64,000 nucleotides of DNA from assembly GCF_009914755.1 (NCBI RefSeq), contig NC_060941.1. One strand, written 5' to 3'. This DNA is from the human T2T-CHM13v2.0 reference genome, Homo sapiens. Under the pieces are notes generated by a model. That model saw only the letters and a list, made by a program, of their open reading frames with translations. It did no database searches and was not told the DNA's origin. Of this stretch, positions 1-64,000 are shown piece by piece. A program made the translations under genes and the position numbers. Every line of letters starts with the position of its first letter. Positions within the stretch are counted from its first letter, which is position 1.

Positions 1-10
1 GCTTCTTCCT

Positions 11-303
11 TTTCTTTTTTTTTTGAGACTGAGTCTCGCTCTTTCGCCCAGGCTGGAGTGCAGTGGCGCGATCTCGGGTCGCTGCAAGCTCCGCCTCGCA
101 GGTTCACGCCATTCTCTGGCCTCAGCCTCCCGAGTAGCTGAGACTACAGGCGCTCGCCAGCACACCCGGCAAATTTTTTGTATTTTTAGTAGAGATGGGG
201 TTTCACCGTGTTAGCCAGGATGGTCTCGATCTCCTGACCTCGTGATCGCCCGCCTCAGTCTCCCAAAGTGCGGGGATTACAGGTGTGAGCCACTGCGCCT
301 GGC
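11..303 (-). mobile_element. Alu (AluY-like)
   Basis: Poly-T then reverse Alu consensus. Confidence 0.9.
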
Positions 304-435
304 CTCTTCCTTTTCTTAAATCTGTTTGCATCAATGAATATACCTCCTACAGATTAAAACAAATCTCCTTGGTATTGTAAAGTTTATGTTTTATTTAGGA
401 AATCTCTTAGAAGAAACAATTATTAAAGAAATTTA

Positions 436-739
436 ATGTCAGACGCTATGGCTCATGACTCTAGTCCCAGTACTTTGGGAGGCCAAGATGGGAGGATTGC
501 TTGAGGCCAGGAGTTAGAAACCAGCTTGGGTAATATAGCGAGACCTTGTCTCTAAAAAAAAAATTTTTTTAATTATCCAGACATAGTGGTGTGTACCTGT
601 AGTCCTAGCTACTTGGGAGGCTGAGGTGGGAGGATCACTTGAGCCCAAGAGTTCAAGGTTGTTACAATGAGTTATGACCATGCCACTGCACTCCAGCCTG
701 GGTGACAGAGCGAGACCCTGTCTCGAAAAAAAAAAAAAA
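436..739 (+). mobile_element. Alu (AluJ-like)
   Basis: Diverged dimeric Alu with A tail. Confidence 0.85.
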
Positions 740-1934
740 GTTTAAGCAATTGAACTCAACAGTTGTTTTAGAAAAAGCGTTTTATTATGGTGTATAATAT
801 GCTAATGTGTTTTTTCAGAGCACATTTTTTTAAAATACCATAAAAAATATTAAGCGTTTTTTTAGTGTGCTTACCATCCTCACAGTAAAAAGGAAGTTCT
901 ATTTTTATGTGAGTGTATATATGCAGTGGGCTTCTCTTACCAAAATACAGCCTTCAACTTATAGGATAAATGTTTTACAGCTCAGTGTAAGATACTCAGA
1001 ATAGCACCTCAGATATCTTGTCAAATTTTAAGCTTCCTGAAAAACAAAACTGATTTGACTTTTTTGATCTTGTAAGATAGTGCTAACTTCCTAGTAGGTA
1101 TCTAGCAAAATGTTTATTTGGTGAAATGTATTTTCAAAAGTTAAGGAATCTTGTTAGCACTTGATACCTTTAAAATGATAAAAAATTTTGCAAGTGTTTT
1201 AGTTTTCTTTGGATATTAGAAAGTCATAGTATAGATTCAGAAAGTTTGTTTCTGACTTGTTAGAGCTTATATACTATAAAATTAATATTCAAATCCCAGG
1301 AGGGTACATTTATTTAGTCAGTCAACAAATATTTATTGAGCTATGTGCCAGGCCCTGCTACAATACTGAGGATACGGTATAATTTCATTCAATGACTGTA
1401 CTGTGGGGATAAACATGCCTCTAATTATTGAGACTTTTAAACTGGACTTCTAGTGCCTCCCTGTGCATCTTTTAGGAAGTTAAAGCCATTTAACTAAGGC
1501 AAATGGTGGGAAAAAATTAATCTGTCAAGATGTGATTAAATTGAGTAAGGTGTTCATTTTTTGTGTAGTCATCATTTTTGTGCTTCAGGTATTTATTATA
1601 AGTCTTGCTATGTAGTTTTTATTCCCCCCACACCCAAGCATAATTCTCTTGGAATTTTCTAGCTCTTACCAAGTTTTGTTTATTTCTGCAAGATTGTGAA
1701 AACAAAACTTTGGGTATTTGTTTCCCATTCAGGAGATCTGGGAGTGACTTCATGTATTTCTTTAACAGTCTTTGATCGTCACCTTTCAATTTAGACTCTA
1801 GAGACAGGGAGATTGATGATTTCTCAGCAAAGAAGCTTGTATTTGAGTTGAAAGTTGAAAATGAAGGCAAGGTCTTCATTTAAACTTTAAAATTTCTACA
1901 CATTTCTTTCAAGTATTAAATTTTTCTTTTGCAG

Positions 1935-28855
<26,921 letters not shown>

Positions 28856-29119
28856 TGACTGTTTTGAATGTTCCTTTGTCTCTGACATGATCCATAGTGA
28901 AATTGCCAGAGTTTTGCCTGCTGCTTTCCTCGTGGCCTCTTCTTGGGTAGTGAAATTAAGTGACATTTGGATTTTTATTTGGGTGGGAGGGCTGGGACAG
29001 TTTTTCTTCTAGAAATGTCTGTTGAGATTTCCCCCTTTAGTTTCCAACCTTCTCCCCAACCCTTGGAGCTAAATGCGTTGTAAAATATTGCCAAAATGAA
29101 AAGTGTTTTGTAATACTGC

Positions 29120-29125
29120 AATAAA
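29120..29125 (+). terminator. TAF15: TAF15 polyadenylation signal AATAAA
   Basis: AATAAA about 265 nt after the stop, followed by GT/T-rich sequence. Confidence 0.85.
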
Positions 29126-30717
29126 GGCTGCTTGTTTTTGTGGACTTTTGTACATACTAGTGCATTGTTCTGTCACACTCAGGACTCAGTTACATTAGAC
29201 TCTAATCCTAAAGAATTAGGAAATGAATTATATACTTCAGTAAATTAAAATGTTACTTTAAACAATATTTATTGAGCTCCTACTGTGTTTAGTGGTTCCC
29301 AGGAATGACAAGTCAGAATCACCTGAAGTTTGTTAAAATTAGATTCCTAGGTTGTTAAATTTAGATTCCTAGATTCCCAGCCCTCTAGGTCTGCTGGATC
29401 AGAGCTCAATGAGGTATGGGGAGTTAGGGCTGGAAATACTTATTTAGCTCAAGTTTACCAGGTGATTTTGATATAGTTATTTAGTATCACTTGACAACGA
29501 TTTATTTAGGGGAGTGTTTTAGATGCTGGGAATATGAAGTTCCAAGGAAAAGAAAGGATTTACAAGCCAGGGTTAAGATGGCAACATATGTATGTTATTT
29601 GCTGTTTATTAGAGAACTATTTATTCTACTCTTAACTATGGGTAAGGCACTGGATCAGATTCTAGATATGTTGCTGACCAAGTAAACAGAAAGCATAGTC
29701 GATAAGTGCACCAGTAACAAGTTCAAGGTGCTTAGAGGGCTGATTTGAAGGACACTAAATTTAGTCACATGGGAGTAGGGAAAGGCGAATGTGGAGGGAA
29801 GACTAGGAGTTCACTAAGTACAGAGGCTGAGAAAATAGTGTTCACTAAGTACAGAGGCAAGAAGATAGTGTTCCCAGAAGGAAATGACATGAACAAATCA
29901 GGAGCTAAGACAGTGGGGAGCAGGATCTGCACTTGAGGAGAATTGTATGTAGTTCTTTGTGACTGAAGGGAAGAGTTCAAGGGTGGTCACGCAAAAGAAA
30001 AGATTGGAGAGGTAAACAAGCTCTGTGACAAGGTCCTTGCATTTCACTTTTTACCTCCCTCCAAACAGGGAGTCATTAAAAGATGGTAAATGGGTGTGGC
30101 ATGATCTGATTTGAGTGGCATCGGATGATGATTATGACTGCCTTGTGGGAAGGCTGGACTGGAGACAGCCAGGTAAGGGATTATATTGGCCTTTGAGGCT
30201 CAGATAGTGACTAGAGGGAAGGAGATAACTAGATTTGAAAAATCAAGAGGGAAATTTGACAGGATTTAGTTTGATGTCAGAAATAGCGGAGAAGGAAGAG
30301 TCTGGTTTCTGGCCTGCGTGATTGGGTAGATATGTTGTTCATTAGGGAAGGAACAGCTTTGCAGGCAAGATGGGAATTAATTCTGTTTTGAATGTGTTGA
30401 GTTCAGAGTGCTCATGAAACTTCTAGGTAGAGACATAATTCTGCAGCTCAGAAAGTAGCATTTAATGCCATGTTCCCCTGATTATCTGCCTTACTGAATT
30501 ACATGTCTGCCTTCTCAACTTGACCTCTACATGTTGGAAGTTTCTCGGGGCTTTTTCTAAGCCCCTTTCTCTTAATCACTTTTATCCTGGGCAAGCTTAT
30601 CCAGGATATGGCTTTAAATATCATCTAATATGGTGATGCCTACCAAATTTACATCTCCAGTCCTGAGTTCTCCCCTCCCAGTTGCCTACTTGACCTTTGC
30701 AGTTGGATGTAAAATAA

Positions 30718-31115
<398 letters not shown>

Positions 31116-31416
31116 GAGGCTTGGGCATGTTTTAAAAGAGCCCCAGGTGATTCTAGTTTTTGGAGACAATATATGGAAAGAGAAGAGCCTAGGAGGAAAC
31201 TTGGAGAAATACTGACATTTAACAGATGAGCAGAAGAGGATCCTAAAACAGACTAGAATGGGAATGGCCAGTGAGGCGTGGTCAGTGGAACCCAAAGGAA
31301 GAATGAATTTTAGGAAAGGAGAAGCTAATAGTATCAAGTACTTAAGCCAGGCTACCTCATGTAAAGGATAGAAGGCATTCATTACATTGAGCAACATAGT
31401 TACACATTATTTTAGC

Positions 31417-31618
31417 GCAGGGTTTGATACTGTTGATATTTTGGGTTGGAAAATGCCCTGTGGGATGCTGCCCTGTGCGTTGTAGGATGTTTAATAGCAT
31501 CCCTGGCCTCTACCTACTGGATGCCAGTAGCAGCCCTTACCTCTCCATGTTGTGACAACTAAAAAATGGCTTCAGATGGCCACTAGGGGGCAAAATTGCT
31601 CCCTGTTGAGAACCACTG
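31417..31618. mobile_element. MER20 DNA transposon
   Basis: tgtaggatgtttaatagcatccctggcctctacctactggatgccagtagc...gttgagaaccactg. Confidence 0.75.
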
Positions 31619-32427
31619 CCTTAGCAAAAGCAATTTGGGCAGACAATTGAATTCTGAACTCAAACTGCAGTGGGATAATAGAAATGCATAATAGAAAGTT
31701 AATAAAAATTGGGGAAATGGATACGGGGAATGTGGACAAAGAAATTTGATTATGAAGGGTAGAGGAGGCATGATGTGAGAGGAGGAGGTAGCTAGATGGG
31801 GATACTTGGCTTGTGGAAGGTTATTTTTAAGATGGTGAGAATTGAGCATGTTTATACATGAATAATTGATGTTCAAGTCTCTTGAAGGGGTGGCGTCTAG
31901 AAGGTCGGTGAAGGATTTGCCTTAGAAGAAGAGAATGCCTCTTGCATTGCAGTTGGAGGTAAGAATAGGTGTGGATGCTGATAGTAGTAAAAACGACTAA
32001 CATTAATTGGGAGCTTACTGTGTGCCAGGCACTGTTATAAGCAGTCTATGTGTGTTATCTCATTTAACTCACAACAATCCTTTGAAGCTAGGAGATACCG
32101 GAAATACTTCACAGAAGAGGTAGATGGTGTAAATGATTTTGAATGCCATTGGGAAGGGGCTTTTTAGGGGGTACAGTAAGGAACAGAGGCACTGAGAGAT
32201 TGAGCAACTTGCCCAGATCAAATCTTTAGTAAGTGGCAGAGCCAGGATTCTAACCTAGGCATCTGCCTTAGAGCCTGTACTCTTACCTACTCTCGTGCTA
32301 TAAACAAGGATGCGTATAGCCGAGGTGGCAGGAGGAAGTTGAGGTAATTCCATCTGATGTCTTTTTGTTTTCCTGATGAGAAAGTATAATAGTCTGCAGA
32401 GTTTGGGGAAGTAATATAATAGAAGGG

Positions 32428-32737
32428 TTTTTTTTTTTGTTTTGTTTTATTTTTTTGAGATGGAGTCTTGCTCTGTCGCCCAGGCTGGAGTGCAGTGGCG
32501 CGAACTCGGCTCACTGCAAGCTCCGCCTCCCGGGTTCACGCCATTCTCCTGCCTCAACCCCTGAGAAGCTGAGAATATAGGTGCCCGCCACCATGCCCGG
32601 CTAGTTTTTTGTATTTTTAGTAGAGACAGGGTTTCACCGTGTTAGCCAGGATGGTCTCAAATCTCCTGACCTTGTGATCTGCCCGCCTCGGCCTCCTAAA
32701 ATGCTGGGATTACAGGCATGAGCCACCACACCCGGCC
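32428..32737 (-). mobile_element. Alu (AluY-like)
   Basis: Reverse consensus. Confidence 0.9.
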
Positions 32738-32882
32738 GAAAGTTTTAAGAGATTGTAGGATATGTGAGGTTAGGAGAGAAGGCTTGACTTATAACCACTG
32801 TGGGGATCAGGGAAGTGTGTGCCTAGGAACCCATAAATCTGCCAGGTGACAATAAGGGCTCAGTTAAAGTAGGAGGTAAGCA

Positions 32883-33223
<341 letters not shown>

Positions 33224-33693
33224 TCAACAGCTTTGATAGCAACGTGGTTATAGGGGCAGAGGCAGTTTGATTTAGAGTAGGGGTTTTACTGATCAGAGAT
33301 GATCAGAGATGACAAAAGTGAGGGTAGTGATTAATGGATGGGATCCAGGTTGAGTAAGAAAAAAAGAGGGAGGATGGAAGGAAGTCAGGAGCTTAGTGTT
33401 GGTGATGAGATTCAAAGAACTTGTGTGGATAATAAGAGCTGCACAGATTGAAGGTTGGGTCAGAAAGTGAGAAGTGAACATTTTGGAGATAGAGCAATTC
33501 CTAGGGATGACAAAGGTTAGGTGTAACGTTGGAAGTGGGTAGCTGAAGTGAATGGAAGGGAAATGTCTTTGTAATTGAGATGAAGGACTGAGGGGCTGGA
33601 GTATTGAATGTTTGTCCAAAGGGATGCCATCAGAGAGGTGACAAAGAGTCAGGCAATGAATGAGAGGAAATGGAGAAATGGACCAGTGGGTAA

Positions 33694-34333
<640 letters not shown>

Positions 34334-34352
<19 letters not shown>

Positions 34353-34449
34353 TGAAACACTGATTTTTATATAAATGTGCAAAACAGTGGTGAGCCACCA
34401 CGCCTGGCTGAAACACTGATTTTTATATAAATGTGCAAAACAGTGGTGA
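34334..34449. repeat. 56-bp perfect tandem duplication
   Basis: gtgagccaccacgcctggctgaaacactgatttttatataaatgtgcaaaacagtg x2. Confidence 0.95.
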
Positions 34450-35314
34450 TATTGGGAGGGATTTAGGAGAATCAGCAACACCTGAGCGATTTCAGAAAGG
34501 GGCCCAGTCAATAGCCAGTTTTCAGTTACAGCCTGAAAGATAGATGAGAAGGTTTGAGGGAGAGAGTGGAGGGTGTGAATGCTTTTTGTTTGCCATCAGA
34601 AGAAGCATCCAGAGATCCCATTAGAAAGGTTTGGGTTAGAGGAGAGAAAAGAGAGGGACTTACATTTTGAATAGTGTCTAAGGATCAGTCCCAGTAACTG
34701 AGACCAGTGGGTGTCTTTGGACTATGAGAGAAGCCAGCGACTGCTTGGATAAAGTAGACTTCTAAGAGTGTTTGATCTAGGTAGCTTTGGTACTGGGAGG
34801 GCTCTCGTACATTGGTGGTGTACCAGATGGTGACTGCTCTGTGAAAACCTTTATGCCCCTCACTGCCATCTTGTCTTCTGGTGGGGACTGGTGAAATTAG
34901 GATTGAGGTGCTACTAGGCAGATATTTGTATCTGGTTGAATAATAAGACGTCCTCTGGAAATACCTAAAAATATGGAGGTGGAGTGGTTGGGGATCTGTG
35001 GGCAGGATTTTGCAGAAGTTGAGTTTGAATTATGTAGTTAGTAAGGTCATGTTTTGTACTCACAGGCTTTTGAGGCACAGGGAAATTTGGGTTATGTTGC
35101 TCATGGACCCAAAGCAGTGGAGTGGGCAAAAGAGGAACATCTTTCCTATCATTGGACTTTGGCATCACAATATTAGAGGGGTCCCCAGGCAGTGCTGCAT
35201 ACACTCAAAATAGTGAAACCACCCTTGGTTTTTACTTACAGCTCGCTCACAGGCAAAACATGAATCTAGAAGTGATGGGGTAGGTTGGGAGATAATTCTG
35301 AGTGACACACTATA

Positions 35315-35537
35315 CAGGTTTAGTATCCCTTATCCAAAATGCTTGGAACCAAAAATGTTTTGGATTTCAGATTTTTTTTTCAGAGTTTGGAGTATTTACA
35401 TTATACTTACAGGTTGAATATCTCTAATCCCCAAATCCAAAATGCTGCAATGAGCATTTTCTTTGAGTGTCATGTTGGTATTGAAAAAGTTTCTAGTTGG
35501 AGCATTTTGGATTTTGGGATTAGGAACGCTCAGCCTG
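35315..35537. mobile_element. Tigger4/MER46-like DNA transposon
   Basis: caggtttagtatcccttatccaaaatgcttgg ... gctcagcctg. Confidence 0.7.
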
Positions 35538-35946
35538 CACTGAATTCAGAATAACTGTTGGGATTACTGTAGAACCTGGGGTGCGGGGAAGTAGAAAGGA
35601 GCGTCTGTTTTATTTTGACTTTTCTATGCTTGAGGGGAAGAACTTGACCTCCCAGTAAATCAGTAGGATTGGGGGAAGAAGAGGAGGTGAAAGGAGACAG
35701 TCGTTTTTAACCTCTGATGGTCAGAGGCTCACATGACAACATTAAAGAGGAAAGGAGAGAAAAGTTCATATTTGATTGTTTACTATGTAATGACAGGCAC
35801 TGTTAACCTTTATGGTAATCCTCATAGGAGCTTTCTGAGGTAACAGGTATTATTATTTTCATTTTATAGGTGAGGAAACAAAATCACAAAGGTTAAGTAT
35901 TAACTTTTAATAATAATAACTTGTTCAAAGTTAAAAGTGATTAACT

Positions 35947-36250
<304 letters not shown>

Positions 36251-36878
36251 TTAGGATTAGATATCAGATTTGTCTGACTCCAAAGTCTGGGCCTTTCCTT
36301 CCTGATAGGGGTTGTAGCTTTTTGGAATTGGTGTGGTAGGTCCTGTTGGCAAAGGGAAACTAAAGCTTCAGTAGAAATAGGGGAGAAATTAAGGCAGTTT
36401 TAGAGAATAAGAAGGGTCTTTCAAAGGGAATGACCTAGAGAGTAAATAGGGTCTTTCAAAGGAAAGGATAGAAAGCAGGTACCTAGATTGAAGAGGCAGC
36501 AGAGAGGATGGTTGGTTCTGATTAAAGCTTAATTATCTCCTGACCACTGGTAGGAAGGTGGGGGGTGAGGGCAAGTTAGTAAGAGGACATGATCCAAGCT
36601 TTCCAGCATTTTCTCCTAGTTTTCTGTCTCTAGGCAGACTCTTCTCTAGCTTTGCCATCAAATTCTGGACACAGATAAGCACTTGATTTAGGGAGGCAGG
36701 CTGGCCGTCCAGAGAAGCTTTGGCTCTGTCCTTCCCTCCTTCCTCTGGTAGAAGGGCATGTGGCTGAGTGGAAAGTATACCCAGGTAGGAATGAGGAGAC
36801 CTGTGTTCCAGTGGAGCTTCTGATGAACAGAAGTGGCAGTAGTGATTCAGAGAAATGTGGTAGGTAGAGTGACACTTG

Positions 36879-36884
36879 TTTATT
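36879..36884 (-). terminator. HEATR9: HEATR9 polyadenylation signal AATAAA
   Basis: tttatt on + strand, about 90 nt past the stop. Confidence 0.75.
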
Positions 36885-36972
36885 CACGGAAGATAAGTAT
36901 AGATTGTTTTCTCATGGGAGCCTGAGAAGCATCTTCAGGGAGGGAGTCGGGGAGTAGGCCCAAAGAATTGAC

Positions 36973-50650
<13,678 letters not shown>

Positions 50651-50890
50651 CTTCTTCTCCTGGTGGGGCCAGAGGGAACCTGCAGGGGGGAATACAAGGC
50701 TTTTAGGGGAGTGGGGGCACAGCTGGAGGAGACCTGTCCTCTGTGGTACGAGAGGTACAGGGGAGGTGTCTGGACTTCTGGAGGTAGAAGCTTCCAAGTG
50801 CTAAGCGACCAGGTTACTTTGGTAAATAGAACACTCAGGTTTCACTTCTGAGCCCCAGCTGTGGTATCTACTGGCCTGGACTTGAGCTAG

Positions 50891-51464
<574 letters not shown>

Positions 51465-51499
51465 TGAACTCTTATCTGTGTGGTAAGGAGCTGCCTTTT

Positions 51500-51676
51500 T
51501 CTTTTATTTTCTTTCAACTTTTTATTTTATTTTACTTTATGTTCCAGGATACATGTGCAGAACGTGCAGGTTTGTTACATAGATAAATGGTAAATGTGTG
51601 TCATGGTGGTTTGCTGTACCTCTCAACCCTTCACCTAGGTATTAAGCCCAGCATGCATTCGCTATTTGACCTGATG
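51500..51676 (-). mobile_element. 5'-truncated L1PA 3' end
   Basis: gatacatgtgcagaacgtgcaggtttgttacatag; TSD aaggagctgcctttt at 51485 and 51677. Confidence 0.8.
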
Positions 51677-52276
51677 AAGGAGCTGCCTTTTATACCTCTT
51701 GCTTTTGCATATGCTGTTCCCTCTACCTGTCAGTCTTTTACTTGTAAACCTGTTAAACTGGCACTCAGATCTTTCAAAAAGTCCACTCAAATGTTTTCTC
51801 ATCTCTGAAGTCTTTATTCTCCCTCAGGGTTCCTACCCCCTGCCCATCCACCCACTCAGTGATAGAATTCCCTCTCTCCACAGTGTGACCACAGTTTTTT
51901 GTACACTTTGCTTTACTTTAAGTCTTTTTCATATGTATAATCTGCTCACAGGTCTGTCTTCCTTACTGGACTATGAGGAATTTGATTATGGACTGTATAT
52001 TGTGTCATTGTTAAGTTTCCTGAGTATGGTATGCATGTTGTGGTTATTTATAATGTCCTTGTTATTAGTAGATACATGCTGACACTTTTAAGGATGACAT
52101 GATATCACATTTGCAACTTACTCTCAAGTGGTTCAGAAACAAAATGTGTATACTGACCACACACTGCCCCCACACACAGATAAAGCAAATTGGTAAAATG
52201 TCAATATTTGACTCTAGATGAAGGGTATGTGGTGTATTCTTGCAAATTTCCATAAGTTTGGAATTTTGCAAATTAA

Positions 52277-52678
<402 letters not shown>

Positions 52679-53418
52679 ACCTGCTTTATTTTTCTTTGAG
52701 CTGTGGGGCTTTTGGCAAATCATTTCCCTCTCTTGCTAAGGGTTTTCCTGACTATAAACAGGGCTAATAACTGTACCTAACCCTATAGGGTTATAAGGAT
52801 GAAAAAGAATGATGAATGTAAGGGGCTAAGCCAATGCCTGGCACATAGTGAGTGCTCAATTAATGTTAACTATTGTTATGGCCATACATATTGTCAATAT
52901 ATGTTTACATAAAGGGACAAGCTTGGGAAAGTTGAAATACCCCACCTTAAAGGAGCTGGTGTACTAGTGGAAAAACACAAAATACCTCATTGTCCTTATT
53001 TGAAAGACCTGAGGCATTTGGAATTGCCATTGAATCTCATTCCAGGGGCAAGAGTGGTGTTAAAGAAATCCACTGGGGATAAGGTAGAGGGTAGGCCAGG
53101 GAGGAAGGGCCAACCAAGGTCTGAGGAAACAGAGAGATGCTGTGGCAGGCAGTAAGATAAACTTGGGGACTCAAGGGTGGGGACGTAGTGACTATTGTCT
53201 CCCCTCCCCCTCCAGAGTGGGTAAGTCACTGATTAGTTTAATTGCTGTGCCTACCCATGCCCCCTTCTCGGAGAGCTTTTGTTTTCAGCCCTGTCATCCC
53301 AATCTAGGATGGACATCAGGTGTTTGCAAGCCCTGGACCCCTGTGTGCCTAATGCTCATGGGGAAGGACAGTTCCCCGGGAGGAAATCAAGAGTCAGCTT
53401 TATGGTTGCATTGAGAAC

Positions 53419-53424
53419 TTTAAT
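53419..53424 (-). terminator. CCL5: CCL5 polyadenylation signal ATTAAA
   Basis: tttaat on + strand at the end of the Alu-containing 3' UTR. Confidence 0.75.
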
Positions 53425-53640
53425 GGTAAGCCGATTTTTCATGTTTGCCAGTAAGCTCCTGTGAGGGGTTGAGACGGCGGAAGCTTAAGAGTGCAGTGTT
53501 CCTCCCCTCCTTGCCTCTAGAGGCATGCTGACTTCCTTCCTGGTCACAGAGCCCTGGCAAAGCCAAGGCAAAGCCAGAGCTCAGAACCTAGAGACTTCCT
53601 TTTGACAAAGCAGCGCCTCAGAAGCTCTTCTAGGCTTTAG

Positions 53641-54131
<491 letters not shown>

Positions 54132-54284
54132 GGGGAAGGTTTTTGTAACTGCTGCTGTGTGGTAGAATCTGGGCCCTTCAAGGAGCGGGTGGGGTAGGAT
54201 AGTGAGGGGAAGCCTCCCAAGCTAGGACAAGAGCAAGCAGAAACAGGCAAATTTGTGTAAGTTCAGGTTCAAGGACTCTCCATC

Positions 54285-62213
<7,929 letters not shown>

Positions 62214-62293
62214 GGTACCTGTGGGAGAGGCTGTGCGAGGTCCACGTGCTGTCTTGATCCTCTGCAGGAATCCTCTGCAGCTCAGGCTGGCCC

Positions 62294-62299
62294 TTTATA
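62294..62299 (-). promoter_or_regulatory. CCL5: CCL5 TATA box
   Basis: TATAAA just upstream of the 5' UTR. Confidence 0.85.
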
Positions 62300-62310
62300 G
62301 GGCCAGTTGA

Positions 62311-62335
62311 GGGGCATCCCCTAAGGGGAGTTTCC
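62311..62335 (-). promoter_or_regulatory. CCL5: CCL5 tandem NF-kB sites (GGAAACTCCCC, GGGGATGCCCC)
   Basis: Two kB-like elements directly upstream of TATA; established RANTES promoter architecture. Confidence 0.85.
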
Positions 62336-62368
62336 AAAATAGCAACCAAGCATTGGCCGGTATCATAA

Positions 62369-62402
62369 GTGAAATTGCACAAAACGGAAAAGAAAACTGA
62401 AA
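62369..62402 (-). promoter_or_regulatory. CCL5: CCL5 C/EBP (NF-IL6) site and ISRE
   Basis: TTGTGCAATTTCAC (62369-62382) and TTTCAGTTTTCTTTTCC (62386-62402). Confidence 0.8.
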
Positions 62403-62456
62403 TAGCCTCCGGAAATTCGAGTCTCTGTCTCTCCCTCACTGCTCTCTCATCTAGAG

Positions 62457-62464
62457 TGAGCTCA
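62457..62464. promoter_or_regulatory. CCL5: CCL5 CRE-like palindrome TGAGCTCA
   Basis: Palindromic CRE/AP-1-like motif in the proximal promoter. Confidence 0.65.
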
Positions 62465-62615
62465 TCAGTTTCCTCTTTGACCAAGCACCAATGGTGGAAA
62501 AATTTCTCTGCTGACATCCTTAGTTTTACCTTCCAGGGAAGGGGTCCTCCTCAGAGAGCAGGAAGCCGCTTTCTTGGGGACAACAAGGAGTGGCAGTTAG
62601 GACAGGATCAGAAGT

Positions 62616-62650
62616 CACTGAGTCTTTATTACTCACTGAGTCACTGAGTC
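62616..62650. promoter_or_regulatory. CCL5: AP-1 site TGAGTCA (62637-62643) within three CACTGAGTC copies
   Basis: Direct motif match. Confidence 0.55.
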
Positions 62651-63575
62651 TTCAAAGTTCCTGCTTATTCATTACAGATCTTACCTCCTTTCCCTCATCC
62701 ATGGAAGGATGTTATTTATAAAGTGTTTTATTGAGGAGGGTCCTCTGGATATACAGTCCCCAAAGGAGGTGAGCACACTCACACTGTAAATTGAGGCAGT
62801 TGATCTGAGCTGGGCATTGGGAACCTTTTCACAAGATATGAGTTGGAATGAGTCCTCTTGTGGGAATTTCTTGCTTTCATCCTGGTCATAGGGTCTCTCC
62901 CATTTACTTGCTAAGCGACCTTTGGGAAAAGTGCTTAATGTCTTTGAGTTCTATTTCCTTGTTTATAAAGTGGAATAATTGATTAGAGACTTGTTGAGAA
63001 GCAGAGGGAGAGAAAGATATCTTACAGCATACTCTATCATTATTGGCTACCATTTACCGAGGGCTTATCTGTGCCAGCCACTATTCCACTGTCTTAGCGC
63101 GTGTCAACTCATTTACTATTATTATCCCCATTTTATGAATGAGGAAACTCAATAAATACTGGGATCCCATCTCACTGTAAGGCCTTCTTGGGCACAAAAG
63201 TTACAGAATATGAAAGCTTCAAAGGACTTTAGGGATCATTTTTTCCATGTTCTTCAGTTGCACAAGAGGAAACCAAGGCCCAGTGAGCAGGAGTGACTTG
63301 CTAAGAACACACAGCAAATGAATGACAGAGTTGGGATCAGAACCCAGTTGCCCTCACTCCCACTTCAGTGCTCTGTCCATTAAGTACTGCCCAACATTAA
63401 AGGGTTCGTGGTTAGGAGTATCCTCAAAACTGAACCCATGTGGAACTTCTGGATTAGAGCTAGGGTCCTTACTGCATTCCAAAGAACTGGATACAGTAAG
63501 TCTTCATCAATTCCTATTTTAGTAGTTCAGAATTAGCAACAATTTGGTCCGGGCTAGGCTGAAATTGGCATCTGA

Positions 63576-63885
<310 letters not shown>

Positions 63886-63932
63886 GCATCTGAATTATTT
63901 AAGAGAAAAGTGTTTATTGAGAGTGACAAAAG

Positions 63933-64000
63933 CGGCCGGGCGCGGTGGTTCACGCCTGTAATCCCAGCACTTTGGGAGGCCGAGGCGGGCGGATCATGAG
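63933..64000 (+). mobile_element. Alu 5' end (cut by window edge)
   Basis: ggccgggcgcggtggttcacgcctgtaatcccagcac. Confidence 0.9.

Noticed and set aside
29809-29875. Short 31-nt-period duplication (gttcactaagtacagaggc) and similar small repeats near 29340, 36415 and 59780
   Set aside because: Ordinary slippage duplications in intergenic/intronic or old repeat sequence with no further structure

Overview
Human genomic DNA (the TAF15-HEATR9-CCL5 locus, chr17q12, recognised from the encoded proteins). + strand: TAF15 coding exons 3-16 (exons 1-2 lie upstream of the window), with a poly(A) signal at 29120. - strand: the complete 15-exon HEATR9 (C17orf66) CDS (570 aa) and the complete CCL5/RANTES gene (91 aa, plus an 82-nt cassette exon giving a 154-aa frameshifted isoform) with its proximal promoter. 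A processed RSL24D1 pseudogene sits in HEATR9 intron 8. The rest is repeat-dense: more than 50 Alus, L2/MIR/L1 fragments and MER/Tigger DNA transposons. Nearly all ORFs in the supplied track are Alu artefacts. Exon boundaries were placed by hand from GT/AG sites and frame continuity; repeat boundaries and subfamily calls are approximate. No new biological system can be proven from sequence alone. Best leads: two long spliced +1-frame ORFs inside TAF15, a candidate autoregulatory poison/alternative-last-exon module in TAF15 intron 7, a candidate distal TAF15 last exon antisense to HEATR9 that would remove the PY-NLS, and possible CCL5-to-HEATR9 read-through.
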